32,000 bases of DNA from Deinococcus radiodurans R1 = ATCC 13939 = DSM 20539 (GTDB taxonomy: Bacteria; Deinococcota; Deinococci; Deinococcales; Deinococcaceae). The position numbers were made by a program, and so were the translations under genes. Position 1 is the stretch's first letter, and the number at the start of each line of letters is the position of its first letter. The notes under the pieces are model-generated. The model was not told the DNA's origin. It did not search any database and saw only the letters and a program-made list of their open reading frames with translations. Location: positions 1,850,603-1,882,602 of the forward strand of contig NC_001263.1 of assembly GCF_000008565.1 (NCBI RefSeq). The letters are read 5' to 3'. Below, piece after piece: positions 20,610-31,559 of the stretch.

Positions 20610-20632
20610 AGTATACCTCTGAAACAGAGGTA
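20610..20632 (-). promoter_or_regulatory. PadR promoter -10 (TATACT) overlapped by a perfect 8-3-8 palindrome (putative PadR operator)
   Basis: TACCTCTG-AAA-CAGAGGTA spans 20614-20632. On the minus strand TATACT (20610-20615) lies 6 nt upstream of the PadR ATG. Confidence 0.5.
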
Positions 20633-20641
20633 ACTGAGCAC

Positions 20642-20682
20642 AAAAAAGCGTGGCACCTGAGGGACTGGCCCCAGCGCCGCGC
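20642..20682 (-). terminator. terminator after glgB / small membrane ORF
   Basis: GCGTGGC (20648-20654) pairs with GCCGCGC (20676-20682), including one G-U pair. On the minus strand it is followed by TTTTTT (A-run 20642-20647). Confidence 0.5.
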
Positions 20683-20696
20683 TTTTCGCTTGCTTT

Positions 20697-20965
20697 CTAT
20701 TGCCCGTTGCTCGCCACCCAGAAAATCAGGGCAATCAACAGCAGGTCTACCGCCCAGCTCGCGGGCCGTTTGAGCCGTTCGTCCTTCTGCGCCCGGAACA
20801 CCTGCACCCCCAGCCGGGCGAACAGCAGCCCCGCGATCAGGTACGGACTCGGCGCCGCGCCCCCGCTCAGCAGCGGCCAGAGCAGCAGCCCCGCCAGCAC
20901 CAGCAGGAGCAGCAAGCTGACGGCGCTCAGCGGGTCGGGGCCAGAACTCCGAGAACCGGGGCGGC

Positions 20966-20969
<4 letters not shown>
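20697..20969 (-). CDS. hypothetical small membrane protein (about 90 aa)
   Basis: High GC3 and 2-3 TM helices, followed by a terminator. The only full-length start is a TTG (20969) overlapping the glgB stop by 4 nt, so the start is uncertain. Confidence 0.5.
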
Positions 20970-23083
<2,114 letters not shown>

Positions 23084-23229
23084 GCGGCGAGTCTACGGCG
23101 CAGCCTTGCTCCCGGCGCCTGTCCCCTCTGCCCCGTCGCCCATCTCTAAAGCTGTTTTAAATCCGCTTTCCGGTCCCTATCGTGGGGTGGCATCCCCTCG
23201 GGGAGCACGGCGCGCCGCACAATAGCAGC

Positions 23230-23802
23230 ATGACCCAGCAAACGAATTCCCAGGGGACTCAGCCCGGCGCGGCTCAGGAACAGGCCATCTTCGCGGGCGG
23301 CTGCTTCTGGTGCACCGAGGCCGTGATGCAGGACCTGCGCGGCGTGCAAAAGGTCGAGAGCGGCTACATCGGCGGTACGGTGCCCAATCCCGATTACCGC
23401 TCGGTGTGCGGCGGGCAGACCGGGCACGCCGAGGCGGTGCGCGTGACCTTTGACCCGAACCAGATCAGCTACCGCGACCTGCTGGGGCTGTTTTTCGCCA
23501 CCCACGACCCCACCAGCCTCAACCGCCAGGGCGCCGACGTGGGCACCCAGTACCGCAGCGCCCTGTTTCCGCTGACCCAGGAGCAGGAACAGACGGCCCG
23601 CGAAATGATCGAGCAGCTCGGCACCGAGGACGTGTTCGGGCGGCCCATCGTGACCAGCATCGAACCGGCGAGCACCTTCTACGTTGCCGAGGACTACCAC
23701 CAGAACTACTACAAGAACAACCCCGGCCAGGGCTACTGCATGGCCGTCATCTCGCCCAAGGTCGCCAAGCTGCGCCAGTACTACGGCGACAAACTCCGCT
23801 GA
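23230..23802 (+). CDS. msrA: peptide-methionine (S)-S-oxide reductase
   Basis: 190 aa from the ATG at 23230, with the active site GGCFWC and the GHAEAV and YHQNY motifs. CACAAT lies 6 nt upstream. Confidence 0.95.
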   Translation: MTQQTNSQGTQPGAAQEQAIFAGGCFWCTEAVMQDLRGVQKVESGYIGGTVPNPDYRSVCGGQTGHAEAVRVTFDPNQISYRDLLGLFFATHDPTSLNRQGADVGTQYRSALFPLTQEQEQTAREMIEQLGTEDVFGRPIVTSIEPASTFYVAEDYHQNYYKNNPGQGYCMAVISPKVAKLRQYYGDKLR

Positions 23803-24029
23803 TGCGGGTGCTGTGGCAGACCGAGGCGGCAGGCTACGCGGCGCAGCTACGGGCAGGTGCCGGGCAAGCCGCCCTGGTCTGGCCGCACGGGGAGCTGCGG
23901 GCCGACACGATTGAAGAAGTCCTTGCGTTGGCGGCGGCTGATCTGCGTCTGCCGGGTGCGGTGTACGCCGAGCTCCTCGACGAACTCGACTTGCTGGCCG
24001 GCGGGCCGCCACGGGCCTGGACGCCCTGA
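23802..24029 (+). CDS. hypothetical 75-aa protein translationally coupled to msrA
   Basis: Its ATG overlaps the msrA TGA (TGATG). GC3 is moderately high, and a terminator follows at 24048-24086. It shows a weak barstar-like N-terminal pattern. Confidence 0.45.
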   Translation: MRVLWQTEAAGYAAQLRAGAGQAALVWPHGELRADTIEEVLALAAADLRLPGAVYAELLDELDLLAGGPPRAWTP

Positions 24030-24047
24030 AAAAGCAAAAGTAGACAT

Positions 24048-24086
24048 GGCGCTGGGAGCGATTGAATCTCCCGGCGCCGTTCTTTT
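24048..24086 (+). terminator. rho-independent terminator after msrA operon
   Basis: GGCGCTGGGAG (24048-24058) pairs with CTCCCGGCGCC (24068-24078), followed by GTTCTTTTG. Confidence 0.6.
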
Positions 24087-24107
24087 GTCCCACTCTAATG
24101 TCCCACT

Positions 24108-24863
24108 CTAAAACAGAGTGCCCTCCACCAGGTGCAGCAACTCCCGCCGCACCTGCGCCGCGTCGTGGGGGCGGGCCGTGCGGTCGGGGTCGAGCAGGTG
24201 GTCTTGCAGGCGGACGAGGGGGTCGGCCAACTGGGGCGCGGGCTCGCCGGGTTCGGGCAACTGACCGTGCAGGCCCCAGAACAGCAGCACGCCCACGCTG
24301 TAGAGGTCACTTTCCGGCCCCTGCCTCTCGCCCCGGCTCGCCTCGGGGCTCTGGAAGGCGGGGGTGCCGATGCGGACAGCGCCCCCCGGGTCTTCACCGA
24401 GCGGGCCGCTGAGGTCGTAGTCCACCAGTTTGGCGCTGCCATCTTCCTCCACGACGATGTTGTCGGGCTTCACGTCGCGGTGCAGGACGCCGCGCTCATG
24501 CAGGTAGGCGAGGGCCTCCAGCAGATGCACCAACGTCAGCAGGTACGCCTGCCGCTCCCGTTGCAGGGCCGGGCGGCGCCGGTAACGCTCGAACAGGACT
24601 GCGCCCCGCGCATAGGCCATCAGCAGGGCCGGCTGGGCGCCAATCCGCTCCTGCCCGAGCACCGGGGCCAGCCGGGGGTGCAGCAGCCCGGCGCCATGCT
24701 CGTATTCCCGCGCGGCAAAGGCCGACAGCTCCGGCGGAAAGAGCTTGACCGCCCGCACCTGCCCGCGCCCCGTCACCGCCAGATACACCACGCTGTGCGA
24801 GCCATGACCGAGCACCCGGACCAACCGGGTACCGTTGCCGAGAAGCTGTCCAGCGAGCGTCAC
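24108..24863 (-). CDS. Ser/Thr protein kinase (catalytic domain only)
   Basis: 251 aa with a Gly loop GHGSHSVV, the Lys in VRAVK, the catalytic loop HRDVKPDN, and SPE in place of APE. The GTG start has GAGG 4 nt upstream. Confidence 0.85.
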   Translation of the reverse strand: MTLAGQLLGNGTRLVRVLGHGSHSVVYLAVTGRGQVRAVKLFPPELSAFAAREYEHGAGLLHPRLAPVLGQERIGAQPALLMAYARGAVLFERYRRRPALQRERQAYLLTLVHLLEALAYLHERGVLHRDVKPDNIVVEEDGSAKLVDYDLSGPLGEDPGGAVRIGTPAFQSPEASRGERQGPESDLYSVGVLLFWGLHGQLPEPGEPAPQLADPLVRLQDHLLDPDRTARPHDAAQVRRELLHLVEGTLF

Positions 24864-24937
24864 TGAACCTCAGGCTATCCCGCCGCCGCTGAGGGCAGAT
24901 GGGGCAGGGATGAAGTTCAGAATGTTTCTGCCGGGGG

Positions 24938-25951
24938 TCAGTCCTCTTCCCGGTCGTCGGCTTCCCAATCGCCAGCTTCTGGGCTGTCTGCCGCTCCAGT
25001 GTCGTCCCAGTCGTCTAGCACAGTGCGGCGCGGGGCGGGCGCTTCCCGCTCGGCGCGCAGGTGCTCCTCTGTTTCTTCGCCGGCCAGCACCGCCTGGGCG
25101 CGGGCCAGCACCGACAGGTCGCCCGCTTGCAGGCCGTAACGCTCGGCGAGGTACGCCGCCACCCACGCGCCGAAATACCACAGTGCGAGCTGCCCGGCGT
25201 AGGCGCTCTCGGTGTCGCCGGGGACAGGCAGATGCACCACCTCGTCGATGCGCGTTTCGAGCACCTCGCGGCTCAGTTCCAGCGCGGGGTCGAGGTCGCC
25301 GAGCAGCAGGGCAATGCGCCCGTCGCCGTGCTCGTGCTGCGCCTCGAACGCCCCGGTCACGACGGGCAGCGGGTCGCCGGACAGCGGCACAGCGAGCGTC
25401 TTGCCGATGCGCGCCAGCAACTGTTGCCACGCCTGCGGCAGCGCCTCCGCATCGGGCGCGGCGAGCAGGAGTGGGGCGCGTCCCCACAGGCTCCAGGCGA
25501 GCGTACGCGCCGGGTTGTCGTCGCCCGCCTCCGGGCCGCAGCGTCGGGCGAGGTCGGCGAGCAGTCGCTCGGCTTCCTGCGCGTCCCCGGCGTGCCCGGT
25601 GGCGTAGGCAAGCGCCTGGGCGAAGTGGTAGGTGGAGAGCGCCCCGCCGGGCACGAGCACGTCCACCTCGCCCGCCGCGCCGCCGGTCGTCACGCGCCGC
25701 ACCGCCGCGCCCGCCACCTCGGCCAGTTCAGCGTAGGTGCGCGCCGCGTCTTGCCCGTCGGGGCTGAACAGCACGAACTGGGTGCCGGTGCGGGTGAAGT
25801 TGCCGGCCACGCCGGGGAGCGCGCTCGCGAGCTGGGCGGCCAGGGTGCCTTCGCCCACGCCCACCACCGCGTGGGGGCCGGGTTCGGGGCGCTGGGGGCC
25901 GGCGTAACTGCCGGGGAGGCGGGAGAGGAGGGCGAGGACATCGGTGCTCAT
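24938..25951 (-). CDS. SIS / bifunctional PGI-PMI C-terminal-like protein with acidic tail
   Basis: 337 aa from the ATG at 25951, with TACACT (25958-25963) 6 nt upstream. The fold pattern resembles the non-catalytic phosphosugar-isomerase-like proteins of Actinobacteria and Deinococci. It ends in a highly acidic C-terminus (DDWDDTGAADSPEAGDWEADDREED). Confidence 0.7.
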   Translation of the reverse strand: MSTDVLALLSRLPGSYAGPQRPEPGPHAVVGVGEGTLAAQLASALPGVAGNFTRTGTQFVLFSPDGQDAARTYAELAEVAGAAVRRVTTGGAAGEVDVLVPGGALSTYHFAQALAYATGHAGDAQEAERLLADLARRCGPEAGDDNPARTLAWSLWGRAPLLLAAPDAEALPQAWQQLLARIGKTLAVPLSGDPLPVVTGAFEAQHEHGDGRIALLLGDLDPALELSREVLETRIDEVVHLPVPGDTESAYAGQLALWYFGAWVAAYLAERYGLQAGDLSVLARAQAVLAGEETEEHLRAEREAPAPRRTVLDDWDDTGAADSPEAGDWEADDREED

Positions 25952-26011
25952 GGGGGAAGTGTACGGGGTGCGGGGCGGGGGGTTTGGGGGCAGGTGGAGG
26001 TTTGAGGAGCT

Positions 26012-26630
26012 GAGAGCTTTGGCTTCAGCTTCTAGCCCCAACCCCAAACCCCTCTCCCCAGAGGGGACAGGGGCTTTGACGCTGGCGCTGTGCAAATGGC
26101 GGTGATGGCGCTTGACGGGCGGTGTTCCTCAAGTGCATAGGTTGGTCTGGACGCTGGTAATTTCTGCGGACGTGAGGCCCGTGCGCTTTCAGCGCCCGAC
26201 GGCCTTTGCGTTCTGCGTTTCACGGTTTTTCGTGGGTGGGTAAAAAAGGCCAAAGCCAAGGCGTTTTTTGACCCTCTCCCGCAGGGGGAGAGGGCCTTTG
26301 CGAAGCAAAGGGGTGAGGGGGCGTCCAGACCAGTCCCAACGAAAAACCATTCCATCAAACACTGCGGAGGCTCAGAAAGGGGATGCCGCAGCAGATATCC
26401 CCTACAACCCCACCACACCACCGCCCGCTGCCACAGGGCCGTCGTGCACGCAGTGCGCGGGCTTCGCGTCCGCAGAAATCACGAACGTCCAGACCCGCCA
26501 GAAACCGTAAAACGCTGAGCGGCAGGCGCAACCTCCGCCCAACGCCAGTCCTCAGCGGAGCGTTGAAGCCCCTGTCCCTTTGGGGTAGGGGGTTGGGGGT
26601 GGGGCAAAGAGCTAAAGCTTACGCTCTAAC
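26012..26630. repeat. composite nested inverted-repeat block (two ~160-bp arms in inverted orientation around an inner hairpin unit)
   Basis: Arm 26030-26186 matches the reverse complement of 26455-26610 in two segments, about 80-85% by eye. The inner pair is 26222-26238 / 26335-26350. The 10-mer GGTCTGGACG or its complement occurs at 26144, 26322 and 26486. The core at 26268-26321 matches 1283-1331. No credible ORF is present. Confidence 0.75.
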
Positions 26631-26657
26631 CCCTTCCTGAAAGCCACGACATGCCTT

Positions 26658-28925
26658 TCAAGGCAAAGGCCACCGCACCGTTCCCACCTGATCGGTCCGC
26701 CATACCTTCGCCCCGGCAGCGGCTATTCGGTCGAGCACCGCCTGTGTCGGGTGTCCGTAAGTGTTGCGTCCCACGCTGATAAGCACGTCTTTCGGCTTCG
26801 TCTGCTTGAGGAGGACTTCGCCGGTGCTGTAGCGGCTGCCGTGGTGCGCGGCCTTGAGCAGCGTGAGGTGACCGGGGCCAATCAGGGCCTCGGCGGGGTC
26901 GGGCAAGTCACCGAGCAAGGCGGCACGGAATGGTCCGTCCTCGACCCGCAGCGCCACCGAGTTGTCGTTGTCAGCAGTGGACCAGACGTTGCCGACAGGC
27001 CACAGAGCCGTCACTTTGACCGGTCCCGCCGTCACCTGGTCGCCCCGCCGAATCTGGCGCACCGGGACATTTCTTTCACGGGCAGCGGTCAGCACGGCGT
27101 CGAGCACCGGGTCGTCGCCCGCCTTTTTGAGCTGGCCCACCCACAACTCGCCCACCGGAAGACCGCGCAGGACGCTGGAAAGGCCCTCGATGTGGTCGGT
27201 GTCGGCGTGCGTCGCCACCACCACGTCCAGCTTCCGCACCCCGAGAGCCCGCAAAGCCGGCAACACGGTGCCCCGGCCCACGTCGTAGTCGCTGCCGACC
27301 GAGCCGCCGCCGTCCACGAGCATCGTCAGGCCCGGCACCCGCAGCAGGGTGGCGTCGCCCTGGCCCACGTCCAGAAAGACCAGTTCGCGGGCGGGGCGCA
27401 ACTGGGCCGGCAGCCAGGACAGCGCGGCGCAGGCGAGGGCAATGGTCAACGCGGCTTGCCCCCGCACCCGCCCGAGCAGCCAACCCATCCCCGCAACAGC
27501 GGCGAGCGCGTAGGCAAGAAAGCCGCCCGCGCCGAGCGTGCCCCAGCCCAGCACCGGGGCACTGCCGAAAGTCTGCGCGACCCACAGCAGAGCAGAAGCG
27601 AGCGGCGCCACGGCCCAGTTCACCAGCCCGCCTGCCGGGCCGAGCAGCCCCGCGAGGAAGCCGAGCGGCACCAGCACCGCCATGATGGGCGCGGCGAGCA
27701 GGTTGGCGGGCAAGCCCACCAGCGGCAGTTGCCCGAAATTGTGCGCGATGACTGGCAGGGTGGCGAGTTCGGCGAGCACGGTGGCCGCGAGCGCGAGCTT
27801 GAGCCACTGCGGCCAGCGCTGCGGCAGCCGGTCGGCCAGTTTGCCCGAGAGCAGCAGGCCGAGGACCGCCAGAAAGGAAAGCTGAAACCCCACGTCCAGC
27901 AGCCACAGCGGAAACAACAGCAGGCAGGCACTCGCTGTCAGCGCCACGATGCCCAACGGGTCGGGCCGCCCCCGGCCCACCATCAGCGCGAGCAGGGCCA
28001 CACCGCCCATCAGCACGGCGCGGGTGATGCTCGGTGTGGCGCCGACGAGGAGCAGCAGGTAAAAGGGCAGCAGCGCGGCGGGCAGGCCATAGCGCCAGCT
28101 GGGCCGCGCCCCCAGCCACCCGAGCAGCCAGATCAATGTGCCAGTCAGCAGCGCCACGTTCTGCCCGCTCAACGCCATCAGGTGCGCGAGCCCAGCGCGG
28201 GCAAAGGCGTCGCGCACCGAGAAGCCCTCATCAAACGTTTCGCGTCCGATGTCACCGCGCTCGCCGAGTTCCACCGCCGTCATCAGGGCAGCGTTGCGGG
28301 GCGAGAGATGGGCACTCAGGCCCCGACGAAACCAGCCGCGCAGGCCACGTTCCGGGACATGCTTTTTGACCTCGGCACGCACCAGCACGGCTTTCGGCGT
28401 GGGCACCAGAAGCCCGCCTTGCGAGCGCAGCCACGCCGCCTGGTCAAAGCCGCCGGGAATACGCCGGCCATCGGGGCGAATCAGCCGCCCGGCCACCACC
28501 ACTTCGCCCGGCCCTTGCCTCGGTTTGGGAGCGAGGGCCACCCGCGCTTTCGGCTCGTCCAGCGTCAGAAATTGCCCGTCCCAGTGGCCGCGCAGGGTCA
28601 CGAGGGCACCTATCCAGGGGGCGATGCGGTCCGGCTCGCGGGCCTGCAAGTGCGCCGAGCCGTACCCCAGTCCTCCACCGAGCAGCGCGAGCACCGCCAG
28701 CAGCGGGCGGGCGTCCAGCAGGGCCAACGCTGCACCGAGCAGCAGCGGCACGGCGGCCCACCCCAGCCCGAGCTGCCACCCGATGCCGCCGATGATGCCG
28801 AGCGCGAGGGGGAGCGGCCACGCCAGCCGCCCGGCCTCGGCGCGGTGACCCCGACGGCGGGCAGGGGCAGTCAGCACCTCACCCGTTTGCGGGTCGAAGC
28901 GGGTCGCCCCTTCACGAGTCACCAT
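26658..28925 (-). CDS. comEC: DNA internalization competence protein ComEC/Rec2
   Basis: 755 aa with a polytopic competence domain and a C-terminal metallo-beta-lactamase domain ([26 protein letters not shown]). Its ATG overlaps the comEA stop (ATGGTGA). Confidence 0.95.
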   Translation of the reverse strand: MVTREGATRFDPQTGEVLTAPARRRGHRAEAGRLAWPLPLALGIIGGIGWQLGLGWAAVPLLLGAALALLDARPLLAVLALLGGGLGYGSAHLQAREPDRIAPWIGALVTLRGHWDGQFLTLDEPKARVALAPKPRQGPGEVVVAGRLIRPDGRRIPGGFDQAAWLRSQGGLLVPTPKAVLVRAEVKKHVPERGLRGWFRRGLSAHLSPRNAALMTAVELGERGDIGRETFDEGFSVRDAFARAGLAHLMALSGQNVALLTGTLIWLLGWLGARPSWRYGLPAALLPFYLLLLVGATPSITRAVLMGGVALLALMVGRGRPDPLGIVALTASACLLLFPLWLLDVGFQLSFLAVLGLLLSGKLADRLPQRWPQWLKLALAATVLAELATLPVIAHNFGQLPLVGLPANLLAAPIMAVLVPLGFLAGLLGPAGGLVNWAVAPLASALLWVAQTFGSAPVLGWGTLGAGGFLAYALAAVAGMGWLLGRVRGQAALTIALACAALSWLPAQLRPARELVFLDVGQGDATLLRVPGLTMLVDGGGSVGSDYDVGRGTVLPALRALGVRKLDVVVATHADTDHIEGLSSVLRGLPVGELWVGQLKKAGDDPVLDAVLTAARERNVPVRQIRRGDQVTAGPVKVTALWPVGNVWSTADNDNSVALRVEDGPFRAALLGDLPDPAEALIGPGHLTLLKAAHHGSRYSTGEVLLKQTKPKDVLISVGRNTYGHPTQAVLDRIAAAGAKVWRTDQVGTVRWPLP

Positions 28926-29299
28926 TTCACCAGCGGCGTCAGCGTGCGGAGGGTCGCTTCGCCCACGCCTTTCACGCGGTCCAGGTCAGCGAGCGAGTGG
29001 TAGGGCCGCCCGGCGATAATTTTCTTCGCCATCGCCGGGCCGACTTTGGGAAGGGCTTCGAGCTGCTCCTGACTCGCCGTGTTCAGGTTCACCCGCCCGC
29101 TGATGAGGGGCGTGACGCTCGCAGTGGTCGGGTAAGTCCGCGGCTCGGCGTTCGCGTCGGCCTGAACGGGCGGCAGCGCCGTGCGCGTCACCGTCGGCAG
29201 CTGCGGGCGCGGCAGCAGCGCGGGGCCGAGGGTCAGGCCGCCGACGAGCAAAGCGCCCGCCGCCAGCGCCACCTGCCAGAGCCGTTCGTGAGGGAGCAT
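28919..29299 (-). CDS. comEA: competence protein ComEA (helix-hairpin-helix DNA receptor)
   Basis: 126 aa with an N-terminal TM anchor and tandem HhH motifs ([26 protein letters not shown]...[12 protein letters not shown]). TACCCT lies 7 nt upstream of the ATG. Confidence 0.9.
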   Translation of the reverse strand: MLPHERLWQVALAAGALLVGGLTLGPALLPRPQLPTVTRTALPPVQADANAEPRTYPTTASVTPLISGRVNLNTASQEQLEALPKVGPAMAKKIIAGRPYHSLADLDRVKGVGEATLRTLTPLVKW

Positions 29300-29384
29300 G
29301 TGGCCCAGGGTAAAGAGGGCGGTCTTTCAGGAGGCTCACTCGCGAGCTGTCCATGTGCCCTGCCGTTCCTGCGCCCGGCCCCGC

Positions 29385-29514
29385 TAGAGCATTTGACAAA
29401 AAGATGGCTCAGCTTTTTGGCGAGCGGAGCGAGTACAAAATAAGGAGCAGGGCGATGAATGGAGCGGGTGGCGGTGCTGCTGCCGACGCACGCGTAATTC
29501 GGAGAACTGCTCTA
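29385..29514 (+). mobile_element. MITE-like small non-coding repeat, copy D (126 bp + flanking TA)
   Basis: Same termini as copies A-C, with a larger internal deletion. It lies in the comEA / gatA divergent spacer. Confidence 0.85.
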
Positions 29515-29528
29515 GACTGCCCGGCGAT

Positions 29529-30977
29529 ATGGCCGCTTTTCAGACCGCCGCCCAGCTCGCCCGCGCCGTACAGAGCGGTGAGACCACCCCCCAGCAGCTC
29601 CTGCACGGTGCCCTGGCCCGCGCCGAAGCCGTGCGTGGCCTCAACGCCCTAGTCAGCTTGAATAGCCACGCCGAGGAGCAGGCCGCCGCCGTGCAGGGCC
29701 GCATGCAGGCCGGCGAAACCCTGCCGCTGGCGGGCGTGCCCATCGTCGTCAAGGACAACATCAACGTGACCGGCACCCGCACCACCTGCGGCAGCCGGAT
29801 GCTGGCGAACTATGTCAGCCCCTACACCGCCACTGCCGCGCAGAAACTGCAAGGCGCGGGCGCAGTCATCGTCGGCAAAGCCAACATGGACGAGTTCGCC
29901 ATGGGCTCGAGCACCGAGAGCAGCGCGAGCGGCCCCACCCTCAACCCCTGGGACCACGAGCGGGTGCCCGGCGGCTCCTCGGGCGGGAGCGCGGTGGCGG
30001 TGGCGGCGGGCATCTCGCCGGTCAGCCTCGGCAGCGACACCGGCGGCTCGGTGCGGCAGCCGGCGGCGCTGTGCGGCGTATACGGCTTCAAGCCGACCTA
30101 TGGCCGCGTCAGCCGCTACGGGCTGGTGGCCTACGCGAGCAGCCTCGACCAGATCGGCCCCTTTGCCCGCTCGGCGGAAGACCTTGCCCTGCTGATGAAC
30201 GTGATTGCCGGACACGACCCGCGTGACGCGACCAGCTTGGACGCCCCCGCCCGGTTCGCGGTGGGCGGCGCCGACAGCCTGCGCGGGCTGCGGGTCGGTG
30301 TCATCCGCGAATCGCTCGGCGGCAACACCCCCGGCGTGGAAGCTGCGCTGGGCGCCACTCTCGACGCTCTGCGCGGCGCGGGCGCAGTAGTGGGCGAGGT
30401 CAGCATTCCCGAGCTGGAGTACGCCATCGCCGCCTATTACCTCATCGCCATGCCGGAAGCGAGCAGCAACCTCGCCCGCTACGACGGCATGGTCTACGGC
30501 GAACGCGTCCCCGGCGGCGACGTGACCCGCAGCATGACCCTGACCCGCGAGCAGGGCTTCGGTCAGGAAGTGCAGCGGCGCATTCTTCTGGGCACCTACG
30601 CGCTTTCCAGCGGCTACTACGACGCCTACTACGCCAAAGCGATGAAAGTCCGGCGCCTGATTGCCGACGAGTTCACCACAGCTTTCGGGCAGTACGACGT
30701 GCTGGTCACGCCCACCAGCCCCTTTCCCGCCTTCCGGCGCGGCGAGAAGGCGAGCGATCCCCTCGCCATGTACGCCGCCGACGTGGACACCGTGGCGGTC
30801 AACCTCGCCGGGCTGCCCGCCCTGAGCGTGCCCGCCGGATTTGAAGAGGTGGACGGCAAGCGCCTGCCGGTGGGCGTGCAGTTCATCGCCCCCGCCCTGC
30901 AAGACGAGCGGCTGCTGGCCCTGGCCGGCGCGCTCGAAGCGGTGGGCGCCGTGCAACTGGAAATGCCGCAGGACTGA
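29529..30977 (+). CDS. gatA: Asp-tRNA(Asn)/Glu-tRNA(Gln) amidotransferase subunit A
   Basis: 482 aa with the amidase signature (GGSSGGSAVAVAAG, GSDTGGSVRQPA) and collinear GatA similarity throughout. Confidence 0.97.
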   Translation: MAAFQTAAQLARAVQSGETTPQQLLHGALARAEAVRGLNALVSLNSHAEEQAAAVQGRMQAGETLPLAGVPIVVKDNINVTGTRTTCGSRMLANYVSPYTATAAQKLQGAGAVIVGKANMDEFAMGSSTESSASGPTLNPWDHERVPGGSSGGSAVAVAAGISPVSLGSDTGGSVRQPAALCGVYGFKPTYGRVSRYGLVAYASSLDQIGPFARSAEDLALLMNVIAGHDPRDATSLDAPARFAVGGADSLRGLRVGVIRESLGGNTPGVEAALGATLDALRGAGAVVGEVSIPELEYAIAAYYLIAMPEASSNLARYDGMVYGERVPGGDVTRSMTLTREQGFGQEVQRRILLGTYALSSGYYDAYYAKAMKVRRLIADEFTTAFGQYDVLVTPTSPFPAFRRGEKASDPLAMYAADVDTVAVNLAGLPALSVPAGFEEVDGKRLPVGVQFIAPALQDERLLALAGALEAVGAVQLEMPQD

Positions 30978-30988
30978 GCCAGACGAGA

Positions 30989-31025
30989 AGGGCCGGACAC
31001 CTGTTGCAGTGTCCGGCCCTCTTTC
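30989..31025. terminator. hairpin between convergent gatA and ohr (bidirectional terminator candidate)
   Basis: A 12-bp perfect stem, AGGGCCGGACAC (30989-31000) pairing with GTGTCCGGCCCT (31009-31020), followed by CTTTCG. The T-tract is weak on both strands. Confidence 0.55.
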
Positions 31026-31034
31026 GTCGGTGTC

Positions 31035-31454
31035 TTATTCGCGGACTTTGAGTCGCACGTCCACGTTGTTGCGGGTCGCCGCGCTGTAGGGGCAGACCTC
31101 GTGGGCGGCGTGCATCAGGCCCTCGGCCTGCTCGCGCGACAGGCCCGGGAAATGCCCTTCGAGTTCCACGTCGAGCGCGAACGCCAGGCCCGCCTTTTGC
31201 AGGCCCACGCGGGCGGTGATGGTGGAGTCGGCGGGCACGTCGATCTTCTGGCGGCGGGACACCACGCCCAGCGCACCCTGAAAGCAGGCGGCGTAGCCAG
31301 CGGCGAAGAGCTGCTCGGGGTTGGTGCCGGGGCCGCCGTCGCCGCCCATCTCGGCGGGCACGCTCAGGTCCAGGTTGAGGCGGTCGTCACTGCTGCGGGT
31401 CGTTCCGGCGCGGCCCCCCGTGGCGGTTGCTTCGGCGGTATACACGTTTGCCAT
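31035..31454 (-). CDS. ohr: organic hydroperoxide resistance protein (Ohr/OsmC family)
   Basis: 139 aa with the Ohr pattern [13 protein letters not shown]...[16 protein letters not shown]...AHEVCPYS, including both catalytic Cys. Confidence 0.9.
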   Translation of the reverse strand: MANVYTAEATATGGRAGTTRSSDDRLNLDLSVPAEMGGDGGPGTNPEQLFAAGYAACFQGALGVVSRRQKIDVPADSTITARVGLQKAGLAFALDVELEGHFPGLSREQAEGLMHAAHEVCPYSAATRNNVDVRLKVRE

Positions 31455-31559
31455 ACCCGGAGTATTCCCTCGCCCGCATCAGTTGAAAGTGAGACGGACC
31501 TGAATCCAAACCTGGGGCGGCCCGACCCCGCCGTCAGGGAGGAGGGTACACTGCCCCCC

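Noticed and set aside
24835-25767. 310-aa Arg/Pro/Ala-rich ORF and other overlapping frames across the SIS-like gene
   Set aside because: The sequence is extreme low-complexity (runs of RRR, PPP, AAA) with the wrong GC3 phase. The minus-strand frame has a proper start context (TACACT + 6 nt) and globular sequence.
26751-29003. 750-aa plus-strand ORF opposite comEC
   Set aside because: It is a shadow ORF, Arg/Gln/Pro/His-rich. The minus strand gives a complete ComEC with TM core and metallo-beta-lactamase motifs.
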